Positions 1-11,677 are shown, counted from the first letter of the stretch. The stretch is DNA of 64,000 nt from Chitinophagales bacterium (GCA_039810885.1 JBDHXV010000009.1:129-64128), one strand, 5' to 3'. Program-made: numbers and translations. Notes: generated by a model from the sequence alone, not told the origin.

Positions 1-123
1 GAGTTTTTAGAATCCTTAAGCGGCCGGCATGTAATTTATGGAAAATACATTGGGGTAACACACGCCGAAGGATTTACTACGTCGCAATATTTGGGCGTGA
101 AAACCCTAAAGGATATTTTGTAG

Positions 124-3100
124 CTAAACTGCTTCAGCTTCTTGTAACTGGCGAAAATCAACAGGTACCACTTTAGAAACTCCTTCTTCCTGCATCGTTA
201 CACCATAGATGACATCTACCGATGCCATAGTTTGCTTATTGTGTGTTACAAGAATAAACTGTGATTTATTGCTAAACTGACGAATGATATCTGTGAATTT
301 ACCTACGTTGGCATCATCCAGCGGAGCATCAACCTCATCCAAAACACAGAATGGGGCAGGCTTTAACAGATATAATGCGAACAGCAACGATATGGCCGTA
401 AGTGTTTTTTCTCCACCGGAGAGTTGATTAATGGTTTGTGGGCGTTTCCCTTTGGGCTTTGCTATGATATCAATTGTAGATTCCAGTGGGTTATCTGAGT
501 TGCTGAGTATTAAATCACACGTATCTTCTGCCGTAAAGAGACTTCGGAAAACTTCAATGAAGTTCTCTTTTACTTGATTGAATGCATTCATAAATTGCTC
601 ACGTGCTTTGGATTCAATTTCATCCATAGTACTCAACAAGGATTCCTTTGCAGTTACCAAGTCATTTTTCTGACTCTGAATAAATTCGGCCCGTTCTTTC
701 ATCTCATTAAAGGCTTCTATGGCAAACGGATTGATTTCACCAAAATTTTCAAGCCTGTTCTTCATTTTATTGGCCTTCTCGCTTAAGTCGTCTTTATTTA
801 AGTCCGCTGCAGGCTCTTGCTCCATCAAGGTATCGATAGATACCTTGAACTCTATGTCGAGACGTTCTTTCAACGAAGCCAGCTGAAGTCTTAAATCATT
901 TACCTTATCCCGCATCTCGTTCAGCAACACGTCGCAATGATCTTTTTGCTTGCCAATATTCTTGATACTTTCATCCATCTGATTCATAATGCCACGGCTT
1001 TCATAGAAGATACGATCGGCCTCGGTAACCAGCAAATCTTGTCTGGTACGGTCTTCATATAGCATTATCAACTCAGCCTCGGTTTCATTTTGCTTGGCTT
1101 CTAATTCAATAAATTGGTGCGAAGCGGCTCCCAGTTCAATATTATTGCGCTCAACATTACGTGTATTTTCATCTAACTGAAGTCGCTTAAAATTAATTTC
1201 TTGTACCAGGGCGTTAATTTTATTCTGTTGTTGAAGAAACGAAATATTATTTTGATTAAACAGTTGAGACGACTCATTCAACAGGTCATCTATGGCTTGA
1301 AAGGCGTGCTGCGCATCGGTAATTTTTACTTGTTGGTGATCTCTCACAGTTTGTTTTTGTGAAATAATACCCGTTAGCATTGTTAAATCTGCTTCAATAC
1401 TTGTATTACGTTCTATGATTGAATTTTTCTTTATATCAAAATCAATGTAGAAACGATCAATATTCTCAACTTTCGTTTTGATTCCCGTTATTTGATTACG
1501 AGTCAAGTTGTAGACCTCACGCAAAGCATCTAATTGCTTGTCGTGATTCTGACTCTTCATCATGACTAGTTCTTGTTGTAATTGTTGCAAAGTGCTTCGC
1601 AACTGCTCTGTGTCGTTTTTTAGTTGTCCGATTTCCTTATTCAGGTTTTCCAGATTTTTAACGCGGCCAAGTCGTTTACCTCCTGCAACACCCACCTGCC
1701 CGCCGCTGATGGAATGCTTCGTGCGAATAAATTTTCCGTTGCCGGCTATGAATGTGGCCTTAACTTCCGGCAGAGCCTGCTGCTCATCTATGATGTAAAC
1801 ATTTTTTAACAAATAGTTTACTAAGTGCCGGTAGGGCTCTTCGCACTCAACCACATCAATAGCACGTGTGGCATTATTTAAAGATTCGGTTGTTTCTTTT
1901 TCATTTTCAAAATCATTCAATACAAAAAAGTTTGCACGCCCTTTAGCAGCATTGCTCAGCAGGTTTACGGCTTGCATGGCTTCTCGCATATCACTCACGA
2001 CGTAGTAATTCAAATAAGGTTCTAAATAACTCTCGATGATTATGCGGTACTCGCTTTGTGCGCTGATAATATCCGAGAGCAAAGGCGCTTGCTTATTCCA
2101 GTCTTTATTGTTTTTTAAAAACTTGATCGAATCAGGAAAGCCTTCCATGTTTTCAATAAAGTTCTTGGTCAGGTTGTATTCATTTTGTCGCGCATCAAGG
2201 CTGCGATGCTTGGCGTTAAGTTGTTCACGAACTTCATTTACACGTTCTTCCAACTTTGTAATTTGTTGTTGCGAGGAGTCGGCTAATTGTGTAAGTTGAT
2301 GAATGTCCTGATGTTCTTTAATTTCTTTTTGTTCTAATGCTATCAACTGCTCAGCCAGGTGTGTTTTTTCATCGTTGCGCTGCTGCAACTCGTATTCGTT
2401 CACTTGAGTTTCACGTTGAAGATTCTCCTTTTGCACTTTAAGTACGGTTATTCGTTTCTCCAAATCAATCACTTCGTTTTCAACAGCACGCATCTGTTGT
2501 TGTTCTTGCTCTAAGGAACGTTTTGCTTGCGTGTGAAGCAGGCGCACATCATCTAATTTCAACTTCGTTTGCTCTAACTCTGCTTGAAATTGAGTAAGCG
2601 TATTTTCTTCTGCCGTTTTACGTTCAGTAAAGGAAGCTATGGAAATCTCGAGTGTCTGTATTGTTTGCTTCGATTGTTCATTCTGTAACTTCCAGGCTTC
2701 TACTTTTTCATTTAAATGCTTGAGATTCTCTCCGATCAGTTTCTTATCATTTTCTTTTTGCTTGAGATAACTTACCAATTCATTAAGCTGACGTTGCAGT
2801 AATAAGAGATTCTTTTCTTTTTCAAGAAAGTCGGTTTTCTCGGCTTGTAGTTCAGCCTCCAATCGCAACATTTCGGTTTCCAAGACAATCTTTTTATCCA
2901 TCTGCTCGGCTTGTTGAGTTTGAATATTTTCAAAGACAACTTTAAAGTCTTTCAAATGATGCAATGCCAGTTGGATACTTAATTCTTTATACTCCTCTTT
3001 CAGTTTGTGATAGCGTTCTGTTTTGCGTGCTTGGTTTTCCAGTGTTTTTAGGTTGTTGTCAATTTCAAACAGCAGATCTTCTACGCGGTTCAAATCGGCT

Positions 3101-3654
3101 TGTGTAGCCTCCAGCTTATTAAGGGTTTCTTTTTTGCGAGCTTTATATTTAGAAATTCCCGCCGCTTGCTCAAATAGCTTACGGCGACTGTTGTCTTTAT
3201 CATTCAAAATTTCATTTACCATTCCCAGTTCTATGATAGCATAAGAGTCGCTGCTTATACCTGTATCCAAAAAAAGGTTAGTAATGTCTTTTAACCGACA
3301 GCTCACATTGTTTAGCCTGTATTCACTTTCGCCCGTGCGATAGTAATGACGACTAATGGTGACTGTATTATATTCAGTTGGCAGTAAATTTTTGTTGTTT
3401 TCAAAAGTCAAAAACACTTCGGCCAGTGCTGACGGCTTACGATTCTTAGTTCCATTAAAAATTACGTTCTCCATTTTTTCAGAGCGTAAGACCGATGTTT
3501 TTTGCTCGCCCAATACCCATCGCATGGCATCCACCACATTGGATTTCCCGCAACCATTAGGGCCAACGACACCTGTCATATTCTCATTGAAATGAATAAC
3601 CGTTTTCTCGGCAAATGATTTAAAACCCTTAATTTCTAAACTGACTAATTTCAA
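124..3654 (-). CDS. smc: Chromosome segregation protein SMC
   Basis: 1176-aa ORF. N-terminal Walker A (GPNGCGKSN), very long coiled-coil arms and a central hinge. C-terminal signature QLSGGEK and Walker B LDEVDAPLD. Confidence 0.95.
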   Translation of the reverse strand: MKLVSLEIKGFKSFAEKTVIHFNENMTGVVGPNGCGKSNVVDAMRWVLGEQKTSVLRSEKMENVIFNGTKNRKPSALAEVFLTFENNKNLLPTEYNTVTISRHYYRTGESEYRLNNVSCRLKDITNLFLDTGISSDSYAIIELGMVNEILNDKDNSRRKLFEQAAGISKYKARKKETLNKLEATQADLNRVEDLLFEIDNNLKTLENQARKTERYHKLKEEYKELSIQLALHHLKDFKVVFENIQTQQAEQMDKKIVLETEMLRLEAELQAEKTDFLEKEKNLLLLQRQLNELVSYLKQKENDKKLIGENLKHLNEKVEAWKLQNEQSKQTIQTLEISIASFTERKTAEENTLTQFQAELEQTKLKLDDVRLLHTQAKRSLEQEQQQMRAVENEVIDLEKRITVLKVQKENLQRETQVNEYELQQRNDEKTHLAEQLIALEQKEIKEHQDIHQLTQLADSSQQQITKLEERVNEVREQLNAKHRSLDARQNEYNLTKNFIENMEGFPDSIKFLKNNKDWNKQAPLLSDIISAQSEYRIIIESYLEPYLNYYVVSDMREAMQAVNLLSNAAKGRANFFVLNDFENEKETTESLNNATRAIDVVECEEPYRHLVNYLLKNVYIIDEQQALPEVKATFIAGNGKFIRTKHSISGGQVGVAGGKRLGRVKNLENLNKEIGQLKNDTEQLRSTLQQLQQELVMMKSQNHDKQLDALREVYNLTRNQITGIKTKVENIDRFYIDFDIKKNSIIERNTSIEADLTMLTGIISQKQTVRDHQQVKITDAQHAFQAIDDLLNESSQLFNQNNISFLQQQNKINALVQEINFKRLQLDENTRNVERNNIELGAASHQFIELEAKQNETEAELIMLYEDRTRQDLLVTEADRIFYESRGIMNQMDESIKNIGKQKDHCDVLLNEMRDKVNDLRLQLASLKERLDIEFKVSIDTLMEQEPAADLNKDDLSEKANKMKNRLENFGEINPFAIEAFNEMKERAEFIQSQKNDLVTAKESLLSTMDEIESKAREQFMNAFNQVKENFIEVFRSLFTAEDTCDLILSNSDNPLESTIDIIAKPKGKRPQTINQLSGGEKTLTAISLLFALYLLKPAPFCVLDEVDAPLDDANVGKFTDIIRQFSNKSQFILVTHNKQTMASVDVIYGVTMQEEGVSKVVPVDFRQLQEAEAV

Positions 3655-3776
3655 AGTATCTGTTTTTTGATTTTTTAAAAGCGTGTAAAAATAATGGAAA
3701 GCCCCCTACAATGCCTCTTTGCCTCACATTTTGTGGAGAAATCGTGAATAAGTATTCAAATACCTTAACACTGAGT

Positions 3777-4130
3777 TTATTCTAATGTCTTTTGCAACTT
3801 CTTTGGTAAAGATTTTATTACTTCATTATAGCTGTGGTCAATCATTTCAAGTATGAGATTATCTTGAATAGAGTCGGTACATTTAACGGTATTCCACAAA
3901 GTTTTATTCATGTGATAACCGGGAAGAATAGAACCTTCGTATTGCTCACGTAATTCTATTGCTTTATCGGGGTTGCACTTGACGTTGAATTGCAGAGGCA
4001 CTTCATCCAAGGCTGCCAGAAGAAATATTTTACCCGCAACCTTAAACACAAGTGTTTCTTCATCAAAAGGAAAACTTTCTGTTACAGCCTTTTTACTCAA
4101 ACAATAATTGCGTAACTGTTCGATGTGCAT
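3777..4130 (-). CDS. MmcQ/YjbR family DNA-binding protein
   Basis: 117 aa. Family-typical pattern: N-terminal L..YC..K..VTESFPF, then GKIF, then PGYHMNK..WNTV. Confidence 0.8.
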   Translation of the reverse strand: MHIEQLRNYCLSKKAVTESFPFDEETLVFKVAGKIFLLAALDEVPLQFNVKCNPDKAIELREQYEGSILPGYHMNKTLWNTVKCTDSIQDNLILEMIDHSYNEVIKSLPKKLQKTLE

Positions 4131-4131
4131 C

Positions 4132-4623
4132 TTAACTTTTCATATTAACATATTGGAGGGGCAGTCCATAATTTCCCGCGCGGCACATAGCCATAACAGA
4201 CTGTAAATCATCTATTTTCTTTCCTGTAACTCGAATGATATCATCCATGATAGAAGCCTGCACTTTTAGACCTGAGCTTTTAATGTCTTTAACTATCTTC
4301 TTTGCAGTTTCTTTATCTATCCCCTCTTTTACCTTTATATCTTTCTTTACCATGTTCCCTGAAGCATAAAGCTCTTTACCGAAATCAAGACAGGCGGAAT
4401 CCAGCTGTTGCTTCATCATTCGCGCTATAAGCACGTCCTGTATGGCTTTCATGCGCATGTCGTTCTCAGTTAGAATATGAATATTGAGTGTTTTCTTATC
4501 TAAATCAATTTCGGTTTTAGAGCCGTGAAAATCATAACGGTTTTGAATTTCCTTACGAGCTACGTTGATAGCATTATCGAGGTTCTGATGTTCAATTTTA
4601 CTTACAATATCGAATGAAGGCAT
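4132..4623 (-). CDS. yajQ: YajQ family cyclic-di-GMP/nucleotide-binding protein (UPF0234)
   Basis: 163 aa. Starts MPSFDIVSKI...NA.N.A.KE...RYDF, which is characteristic of YajQ. Confidence 0.85.
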   Translation of the reverse strand: MPSFDIVSKIEHQNLDNAINVARKEIQNRYDFHGSKTEIDLDKKTLNIHILTENDMRMKAIQDVLIARMMKQQLDSACLDFGKELYASGNMVKKDIKVKEGIDKETAKKIVKDIKSSGLKVQASIMDDIIRVTGKKIDDLQSVMAMCRAGNYGLPLQYVNMKS

Positions 4624-4806
4624 AAAATATTTTCTGTTTTTGCGAATCTAAATAGCTTTTAGCATACAAACGATATGAATTTTTGCTTACTCATAGAAAG
4701 AAGCGTTGTGTTTAATTAATCAATCTCTCTATTATATATTACTACTAATAAGGTATTGACTACAAGGCAACTTCGTTTTAACATTGTTTCTTAAATTATA
4801 ATTCGT

Positions 4807-5271
4807 ATGAGAACCACAGTTCTGATCATCCTGTCTTTAATGCTGAACCTTTACGTTTCGGCACAAGAAAAGCTAACTGTAAAAGGAGTTATGCCTGCTC
4901 CGGATTTAAAAGTAGGTACGTGGACAGACTATACGGTTATTAAAAGTGAAAAAGGTACAGACATATTAAAGTATAGAGTACGGCTTAAATCTGCAAAAAA
5001 GTTTTTCCAGGGAAGTGCAGAGTGCACCTATGAAATTGAAGCAACTAATTTGACTAAGGACTATATTTCAGCAGATGTTACTTACGATTTCGACCAAGAA
5101 TTAAATGGCGATTATAAAAGTCAATCTGGTTCCAGAAGAGGCTTTATAAAAGGCGGTTCAAAGTGGAAATATGAATTACTTGCCTTTCACGACATAGATA
5201 AAGGCGGAAGTTATCAATCAGGTTGTAACAGTTGCAAACTCAGTTTTAACTTTATCATTAATATAAAATAG
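4807..5271 (+). CDS. Hypothetical secreted protein
   Basis: 154-aa ORF with an N-terminal signal peptide (MRTTVLIILSLMLNLYVSAQE). No recognisable domain. Confidence 0.5.
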   Translation: MRTTVLIILSLMLNLYVSAQEKLTVKGVMPAPDLKVGTWTDYTVIKSEKGTDILKYRVRLKSAKKFFQGSAECTYEIEATNLTKDYISADVTYDFDQELNGDYKSQSGSRRGFIKGGSKWKYELLAFHDIDKGGSYQSGCNSCKLSFNFIINIK

Positions 5272-5463
5272 AGAACAAAAATTCCTCAAAAAAAACGAAA
5301 GGTTTACAATAGTAGAAATATCGGTTTTCAAGCGATGTATTCTTTTTAATGTCGAGCCTTTGATTTGTTGCTATCAAGCTGTTCGTATTAATACACGATA
5401 CACCCAACCCAAACAACTTAGATTACTTATTGCATTTTTGCCGTTGTATAAAATAAAAATCAA

Positions 5464-6132
5464 GTGGTTGAAGCAATAAATATCTCAAAAAACTTTGGCG
5501 ATTTAAAAGTGTTAAATGACGTGAGCTTGAAAGTGCAGCGTGCTGAGGTTGTTTCGATCATTGGCGCTTCGGGCGCAGGCAAGACCACATTATTGCAAAT
5601 CTTAGGCACACTCGACACGGCTGACGAAGGTATAATAAAGATTGGCGGCGTAAACATTAGTGAACTAAGCGGCAATGCATTAGCAGACTTCCGTAATCGT
5701 AACATCGGATTTGTGTTTCAGTTTCATCATCTGCTGCCTGAGTTTACTGCTGTTGAAAATGTAGCCCTGCCGGCTATGATTGCGGGTATTGAAAAATCAA
5801 AAGCGATTAAAGATGCCTTTGACCTTCTTGAATATTTCGGCCTCAGCGGACGCCTGCACCATAAACCCGGTGCGTTATCGGGGGGTGAACAGCAACGTGT
5901 AGCCGTTGCCCGTGCGCTTATTAATCATCCTCAAGTTGTCTTTGCAGATGAGCCCAGCGGCAATCTCGACTCAGAAAATGCCCGCGAATTGCACGAACTC
6001 TTTTTTAAACTGCGTAAAGAATTTTATCAAACCTTTGTTATCGTAACACATAATGAGGAGTTGGCTAATCTTGCCGATTCCAAGTTTGTTATGAAAGATG
6101 GTACGATTCAAAACATTATAAAACTAAATTAA
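5464..6132 (+). CDS. lolD: ABC transporter ATP-binding protein, LolD-like
   Basis: 222 aa with a GTG start. Walker A GASGAGKTT, signature LSGGEQQRV, Walker B VVFADEPSGNLD. Short single-domain LolD/MacB-type ATPase. Confidence 0.8.
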   Translation: MVEAINISKNFGDLKVLNDVSLKVQRAEVVSIIGASGAGKTTLLQILGTLDTADEGIIKIGGVNISELSGNALADFRNRNIGFVFQFHHLLPEFTAVENVALPAMIAGIEKSKAIKDAFDLLEYFGLSGRLHHKPGALSGGEQQRVAVARALINHPQVVFADEPSGNLDSENARELHELFFKLRKEFYQTFVIVTHNEELANLADSKFVMKDGTIQNIIKLN

Positions 6133-6139
6133 TCATGTC

Positions 6140-6976
6140 GTGCAGATATATGATGACCTTGGACGCACGCTTTTATTAAACCGAACTCCTGAGCGAATTA
6201 TTTCGGTTGTACCATCCTTAACGGAGTTACTCTGCGATTTAGAATTAGAAAGCAAAATTGTTGGAAGAACCAAATTTTGTATTCATCCGAAGTCTTATGT
6301 TTCAAGTATTCCGAAAGTTGGCGGAACCAAGAACATGAATATTAAAAAGATAATGTCGCTAAATCCGAATTTGATTTTAGCAGACAAAGAAGAAAATTCT
6401 AAAGAAGATATCGAAGCATTAACTTCACTTACGAATGTTTATGTATCCGATATCCGAACTATTAAAAATGCCATACATACGATTCAACAAATTGGAACTA
6501 TCCATGCTTGTGATGTAAGAGCCGCTCAACTAATACAAGAAATTGAAGACGGATTTAACAAGATTAAACAAGCACTTCATTCAAAAAGTCAAATACGAGT
6601 TTGTTATTTAATTTGGAAAGAACCTTATATGACTGTTGGAGCCGATACTTATATTCATGATGTGTTAGAAACCGTAGGATTTAAGAATGTGTTTGGAATG
6701 AAACAACGATATCCTATAGTTACCTCCATAGAAATTGCCGAAGCCTTCCCCGACATAATCATGTTATCCACAGAACCGTATCCTTTTAAATCTAAACACA
6801 GAGGTGAAATCGTGGCATCCATTCCCTATATTAAGAATCGAGTTGTGATTATTGATGGTGAAATGTTTAGTTGGTATGGTTCCCGTATGAGAAAAGCAAC
6901 AATCTATCTTGGAGATTTATATGCAAAACTAAAGCAGGGGCAAATACCGGTTGATGGACTGATGTTACCAAGTTGA
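6140..6976 (+). CDS. Helical-backbone metal receptor / BtuF-like periplasmic binding protein
   Basis: 278 aa. Family pattern [13 protein letters not shown]...VG.TKFC..P. GTG start. No signal peptide is obvious. Confidence 0.65.
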   Translation: MQIYDDLGRTLLLNRTPERIISVVPSLTELLCDLELESKIVGRTKFCIHPKSYVSSIPKVGGTKNMNIKKIMSLNPNLILADKEENSKEDIEALTSLTNVYVSDIRTIKNAIHTIQQIGTIHACDVRAAQLIQEIEDGFNKIKQALHSKSQIRVCYLIWKEPYMTVGADTYIHDVLETVGFKNVFGMKQRYPIVTSIEIAEAFPDIIMLSTEPYPFKSKHRGEIVASIPYIKNRVVIIDGEMFSWYGSRMRKATIYLGDLYAKLKQGQIPVDGLMLPS

Positions 6977-6978
6977 AC

Positions 6979-6986
6979 TATATTTG
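6979..6986 (+). promoter_or_regulatory. Bacteroidota sigma-A -7 box (TAnnTTTG) upstream of fbaB
   Basis: Exact TATATTTG. It overlaps the TTG at 6984 that the ORF track used as a start, which argues for the ATG at 7008 as the true start. Confidence 0.45.
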
Positions 6987-7007
6987 CCCGACACAATTAA
7001 CCCTATC

Positions 7008-8066
7008 ATGTCATACAGCAAAATCACTAAACTTCTAGACGACAAAGCCGATTACTTGTTAAACCATGTCAGCGGCACTATTGATAAAAAAAGATTACAC
7101 AAACCGGGTCCTGATTTTGTTGACCAAGTATTTTCAACAAGCAACCGAACACCACAGGTTTTACGGAGCTTACAAACTATATACGGATCTGGCCGCTTAG
7201 CCCACTCAGGCTATGTTTCAATCCTCCCGGTAGATCAAGGTATCGAGCACTCGGCAGGTGCTTCATTTGCACCGAATCCCGATTACTTTGATCCGGAAAA
7301 TATTGTGAAACTTGCTATAGAAGGGGGGTGCAATGCTGTAGCTTCAACCTTTGGCGTTTTAGCTTCTGTATCACGTAAGTATGCGCACCGTATTCCTTTT
7401 GTTGTAAAGATTAATCATAATGAATTTATATCTTACCCAAACCGCTATGATCAGATTATGTTTGGCACAGTAAAAGAAGCATGGAACCTTGGTGCAATAG
7501 CGGTTGGAGCGACCATCTATTTTGGCTCAGAAGAATCTACACGCCAAATTCAAGAAGTTGCAGATGCATTTGAATACGCCCATGAATTGGGAATGGCTAC
7601 CATTTTGTGGTGCTACCTGCGCAACCCGGCATTTAAGAAGGATGGAGTGGATTATCATTCATCCGCTGATTTAACCGGACAAGCCAACCATATTGGCGTA
7701 ACGATTCAAGCTGATATTATAAAACAGAAATTACCTACAAATAACGGAGGTTATGAAGCCTTGAAGTTTGGAAAGACACACCCCAAAGTATATCGTGAAT
7801 TAACATCGGAACATCCGATAGACTTATGCCGCTATCAAGTAGCTAACTGTTATATGGGGCGTATAGGTTTAATTAATTCAGGTGGTGAATCTAAAGGCGC
7901 TTCAGATTTATCCGAAGCGGTATATACTGCGGTTGTAAACAAGCGTGCTGGCGGGCAGGGATTAATCTCAGGCCGCAAAGCGTTCCAAAAACCAATGAAA
8001 GATGGGATCGAACTGCTCAATACAATTCAGGATGTATATCTTGACAAAAAAATAGACTTAGCATAA
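7008..8066 (+). CDS. fbaB: Class I fructose-bisphosphate aldolase (FbaB / DeoC-LacD family)
   Basis: Near-collinear with E. coli FbaB as I recall it ([57 protein letters not shown]). Start moved to the ATG at 7008; the track's TTG is at 6984. Confidence 0.9.
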   Translation: MSYSKITKLLDDKADYLLNHVSGTIDKKRLHKPGPDFVDQVFSTSNRTPQVLRSLQTIYGSGRLAHSGYVSILPVDQGIEHSAGASFAPNPDYFDPENIVKLAIEGGCNAVASTFGVLASVSRKYAHRIPFVVKINHNEFISYPNRYDQIMFGTVKEAWNLGAIAVGATIYFGSEESTRQIQEVADAFEYAHELGMATILWCYLRNPAFKKDGVDYHSSADLTGQANHIGVTIQADIIKQKLPTNNGGYEALKFGKTHPKVYRELTSEHPIDLCRYQVANCYMGRIGLINSGGESKGASDLSEAVYTAVVNKRAGGQGLISGRKAFQKPMKDGIELLNTIQDVYLDKKIDLA

Positions 8067-8080
8067 TTCTTCATAAACCG

Positions 8081-8929
8081 ATGAATTGGTTTAATAGAAA
8101 TACTCAAGGAATAACGACCAGCACCGAAGAAAAGCTGGAAGTACCGGATGGTATATGGTGGAAGTGTCCATCATGTAAGAAGACAATACCAACAATAGAT
8201 CTACAGGAAAATAGTTATGTCTGTACATCATGTGAGTATCATGCACGCATTAATAGCGTTGAATATTTTAGCATTCTATATGACGAGCGCAAAGTAGAAT
8301 TATTGTTTGAAAACCTTGTGCCGCTTGATTTCCTTGAGTTTACGGATCTAAAACCTTATTCGGAACGCATTAAAGAAACATTAGAGAAAAGTAATGTTAC
8401 GGAAGCACTCACCGTAGGTTATGGACAGGTACAAGGTAAAGAACTTGTTACGGCCTGCATGAATTTTAATTTCATTGGAGGGTCAATGGGGAGCATTGTC
8501 GGTGAAAAAATAGCTCGTGCAATCGACTTCTGCATTAAAAAGAGAGTACCGTTACTCATTATTTCCAAGTCCGGAGGAGCACGCATGATGGAATCGGCCT
8601 TTTCTTTAATGCAAATGGCAAAAACATCGGCTAAACTAACCTTACTAGCCGATGCTCGCTTACCTTACTTTTCTCTGCTTACTGATCCCACAACCGGAGG
8701 TGTAACTGCATCTTATGCCATGTTAGGCGATATAAATATGGCTGAGCCTAATGCTCTAATTGGCTTTGCAGGCCCCAGGGTTATTAAAGAAAGTATTAAG
8801 AAGGATTTACCTAAAGGATTCCAACGTTCTGAGTTCTTGTTAGAGCATGGGTTCCTAGACTTTATAATAAAGAGGAAAGACTTAAAGTGCAAATTAGCAG
8901 ACTTGATTCAACTATTTGAAAACAAGTGA
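8081..8929 (+). CDS. accD: Acetyl-CoA carboxylase carboxyltransferase subunit beta
   Basis: 282 aa. N-terminal zinc ribbon (CPSCKK...CTSCEYH) followed by a carboxyltransferase fold (GGSMGS..GEKI, SGGARMQE-like). Confidence 0.95.
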   Translation: MNWFNRNTQGITTSTEEKLEVPDGIWWKCPSCKKTIPTIDLQENSYVCTSCEYHARINSVEYFSILYDERKVELLFENLVPLDFLEFTDLKPYSERIKETLEKSNVTEALTVGYGQVQGKELVTACMNFNFIGGSMGSIVGEKIARAIDFCIKKRVPLLIISKSGGARMMESAFSLMQMAKTSAKLTLLADARLPYFSLLTDPTTGGVTASYAMLGDINMAEPNALIGFAGPRVIKESIKKDLPKGFQRSEFLLEHGFLDFIIKRKDLKCKLADLIQLFENK

Positions 8930-9065
8930 TTTGTAATAGCCCCATTTCTTGTATTAGGCTATAAACACGTTAATGCAAAATTGTTCTAAGTATAAATTAT
9001 TTAACAGTTTTTTACTTTTTTCATTAAAATACTGCTAATTATTTCCATAAAATCTTAGTCATGAG

Positions 9066-9073
9066 TATATTTG
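9066..9073 (+). promoter_or_regulatory. Bacteroidota -7 box (TAnnTTTG) upstream of rpsO
   Basis: Exact TATATTTG, 32 nt upstream of the rpsO ATG. Confidence 0.45.
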
Positions 9074-9104
9074 CATCCCTGATAAAACATATAATACTTT
9101 TTAA

Positions 9105-9371
9105 ATGATTACGAAAGAAAGAAAACTTGAATTGGTTAAAAAATTTGGCACCAACGAAAAAGATACTGGAAATACAGAAGTGCAAATTGCATTGTTAACC
9201 GAAAGAATAAACGATATCACTAAACATCTGGAAGGTCAAAAAAAAGACTTTAATACAGCTCGCGGCCTTATGAAGTTAGTTGGAGAGCGCAAGCGTCATC
9301 TTACTCATCTTCAAAAGACAAACATCACTGCATACCGTGCACTTATTGAAAAGCTTGATCTTAGAAAATAA
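9105..9371 (+). CDS. rpsO: 30S ribosomal protein S15
   Basis: 88 aa. Contains GNTEVQIALLTERI..IT.HL...KKD..RGL. The conserved rpsO-pnp gene order supports the call. Confidence 0.97.
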   Translation: MITKERKLELVKKFGTNEKDTGNTEVQIALLTERINDITKHLEGQKKDFNTARGLMKLVGERKRHLTHLQKTNITAYRALIEKLDLRK

Positions 9372-9395
9372 TTTGATTTTTCACTCACAAAACAT

Positions 9396-9426
9396 GCGAG
9401 AATAGAATTTGTTCTCGCTTTTTTGT
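9396..9426 (+). terminator. Hairpin plus T-run between rpsO and pnp (attenuator/terminator)
   Basis: GCGAGAA-loop-TTCTCGC followed by TTTTTTG. Sits at the position of the known rpsO-pnp intergenic processing/termination hairpin. Confidence 0.6.
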
Positions 9427-9452
9427 TTTATACAAATACCTAAAATAACATT

Positions 9453-11582
9453 ATGGCAAAAACTGCAATTTCAAAAACTTTTGATATAGGAGACGGCCGT
9501 TTGGCAACAATTGAAACAGGTAAGTTAGCTACACAAGCTGATGGCTCCGTTGTTGTTCGACTTGGCGACTGTATGTTATTGGCAACAGTAGTTTCCAATA
9601 AAGAGCCTAAAGAAGGCCAGGATTTCTTTCCGTTATCCGTAGATTATCAAGAGAAATTCGCTTCCGGCGGTCGTATCCCTGGTACATTCTTTCGTAGAGA
9701 AGCCAGACTTTCTGATTATGAAGTTCTCATCTCACGCTTAGTAGATCGAGTTCTGCGCCCTTTATTCCCTGAGGATTACTTATGCGATACACAGGTTATG
9801 ATATCCATGATATCTTCTGACAAGACCATAATCCCCGACAGCTTAGCTGCATTGGCTGCTTCAGCGGCTCTTACCGTTTCGGATATTCCATTTATGGGAC
9901 CTATCTCAGAAGTTCGTGTGGCTAAAATTGGCGATCAGTTCATTATAAATCCAACAAAAGAAGTTTTAGAAACAGCCACACTCGATATAATTGTGGGTGC
10001 ATCGGCAACCAGCATTGTAATGGTTGAAGGTGAGGCAAAAGAATGCTCTGAGGCTGATATGGTCCAAGCCATTAAGGCTGGGCATGATGCCATTAAGATC
10101 CACTGCAAAGCGCAGTTAGATCTTTGTGAGTTGCTTGGAGGCCGTAAAGCCCCACGCACATATAAGCTTGCTCCAAGCAATGAGGAAATTAAAGCCAAAG
10201 TTTATGAGTTGTTTAAGGATAAGGTTTATAACGTGTGCAAATCGAAATCACCAAAGCCTGAACGTAAAAAGGCCTTCAGCAAATTAAAAGATGAGTTAAA
10301 GGAAGCCTTTGCAGAAGCAGGTGATGAGGAGATAACTCTTGCTAAAAAATATTACACCGATTTGGAATATGAAATCATGCGCAACATGATTCTTGATGAA
10401 GAAATTCGACTCGATGGGCGAGGTCTGACCGAAGTAAGACCAATTTGGATAGAAACGGATTGCCTTCCCGCAACGCACGGCTCAGCCATTTTTACACGAG
10501 GCGAAACCCAATCTCTCACTACCGTAACCCTCGGTTCCAAATTAGATGAGTTGATGTTAGACCGTGCAATGGAAACCACTTATACTAATTTTTTATTGCA
10601 CTATAATTTCCCCGCATTCTCGACCGGTGAGGTAAAACCTAATCGCGGGCCGGGGCGTAGAGAAGTAGGTCACGGAAACTTGGCGATGCGTTCTCTTAAA
10701 AATATGTTGCCCAGTAACGATGATTGCCCCTATACGATTCGAATTGTTTCTGACATATTAGAATCGAACGGCTCCAGTTCGATGGCAACGGTATGCGCCG
10801 GATCTTTAGCCTTGTTTGATGCCGGCGTGCAGATGAAGAGCCATGTAAGCGGAATAGCCATGGGTTTAATTACACGTGCAGACGGTAAAAATGCCATTCT
10901 TAGTGATATCCTTGGAGATGAGGATCATCTTGGTGATATGGACTTTAAGGTAACCGGAACACGTAACGGAATTTGTGGTTGCCAGATGGATATAAAAATT
11001 GAAGGTCTTTCTTACGAATTGCTCGAAAAAGCTTTGATGCAAGCTAAAGAAGGACGCATGCATATCATTAATCTGATGTATGATGAGATGTCTGTTCCAC
11101 GAGCCGACTATAAGCCCCATGCACCTCGCATTGTTAAACTCATTATTGATAAAGAATTTATTGGTGCGGTTATCGGCCCGGGTGGTAAGGTGATTCAAGA
11201 AATGCAACGTGAAACAAATACGGTAATTGTAATCGAAGAGGTGAATGGTAAAGGTGAAGTTACAGTTTCTTCTGCCGATCTTGAAGGATTAACAAAAGCT
11301 GTAAATAAAATTAAAGGCATAACGGCTGTACCTCAACTAAATGAAATCTATGATGGAACTGTACGATCTATTCAGCCTTATGGTGCATTTGTAGAGTTTC
11401 TTCCGGGCAGAGACGGATTACTTCATATTTCTGAAGTAGCTCACAAACGACTGGAAACATTGGAGGGAGTTCTTAAAGTAGGTGATGTGATAAAGGTAAA
11501 ATTACTAGATATAGACCCGAAATCAGGTAAATTCAAACTCTCACATAAGGTACTGATAGATAAAAGCGTAACGCAGAAATAA
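9453..11582 (+). CDS. pnp: Polyribonucleotide nucleotidyltransferase (PNPase)
   Basis: 709 aa. Two RNase PH domains, a KH domain ([12 protein letters not shown]) and a C-terminal S1 domain ([12 protein letters not shown]). Confidence 0.97.
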   Translation: MAKTAISKTFDIGDGRLATIETGKLATQADGSVVVRLGDCMLLATVVSNKEPKEGQDFFPLSVDYQEKFASGGRIPGTFFRREARLSDYEVLISRLVDRVLRPLFPEDYLCDTQVMISMISSDKTIIPDSLAALAASAALTVSDIPFMGPISEVRVAKIGDQFIINPTKEVLETATLDIIVGASATSIVMVEGEAKECSEADMVQAIKAGHDAIKIHCKAQLDLCELLGGRKAPRTYKLAPSNEEIKAKVYELFKDKVYNVCKSKSPKPERKKAFSKLKDELKEAFAEAGDEEITLAKKYYTDLEYEIMRNMILDEEIRLDGRGLTEVRPIWIETDCLPATHGSAIFTRGETQSLTTVTLGSKLDELMLDRAMETTYTNFLLHYNFPAFSTGEVKPNRGPGRREVGHGNLAMRSLKNMLPSNDDCPYTIRIVSDILESNGSSSMATVCAGSLALFDAGVQMKSHVSGIAMGLITRADGKNAILSDILGDEDHLGDMDFKVTGTRNGICGCQMDIKIEGLSYELLEKALMQAKEGRMHIINLMYDEMSVPRADYKPHAPRIVKLIIDKEFIGAVIGPGGKVIQEMQRETNTVIVIEEVNGKGEVTVSSADLEGLTKAVNKIKGITAVPQLNEIYDGTVRSIQPYGAFVEFLPGRDGLLHISEVAHKRLETLEGVLKVGDVIKVKLLDIDPKSGKFKLSHKVLIDKSVTQK

Positions 11583-11648
11583 ACATTTAATAAATACTTA
11601 TTCGGTTCTTTCGATAAATTGTCCTTTGTTCGTGTGAATCCGGATAAT

Positions 11649-11677
11649 AAATCCCGGCCATTGGTCGGGATTTTTTA
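11649..11677 (+). terminator. Rho-independent terminator after pnp
   Basis: AATCCCGGCC-ATT-GGTCGGGATT stem followed by TTTTTT. Confidence 0.55.

Noticed and set aside
574-3595. Six plus-strand ORFs of 61-87 aa inside smc (574..786, 1562..1798, 1624..1809, 2036..2299, 3023..3244, 3356..3595).
   Set aside because: They are antisense shadow ORFs within a well-supported 1176-aa gene. They have low-complexity Ser/Cys/Phe-rich translations and no independent signals.
5272-5463. Possible cobalamin riboswitch upstream of the lolD-like and BtuF-like genes.
   Set aside because: No B12-box-like core or conserved riboswitch motifs were recognisable in the 190-nt leader.
9935-11207. Minus-strand ORFs inside pnp. 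Comparable antisense ORFs occur inside floA (12440..13050), cphA (26990..28301), the TonB-like gene, typA, the Na/Pi transporter gene and others.
   Set aside because: All are fully nested antisense to strongly supported genes. Their composition is typical of the reverse frame of coding DNA.
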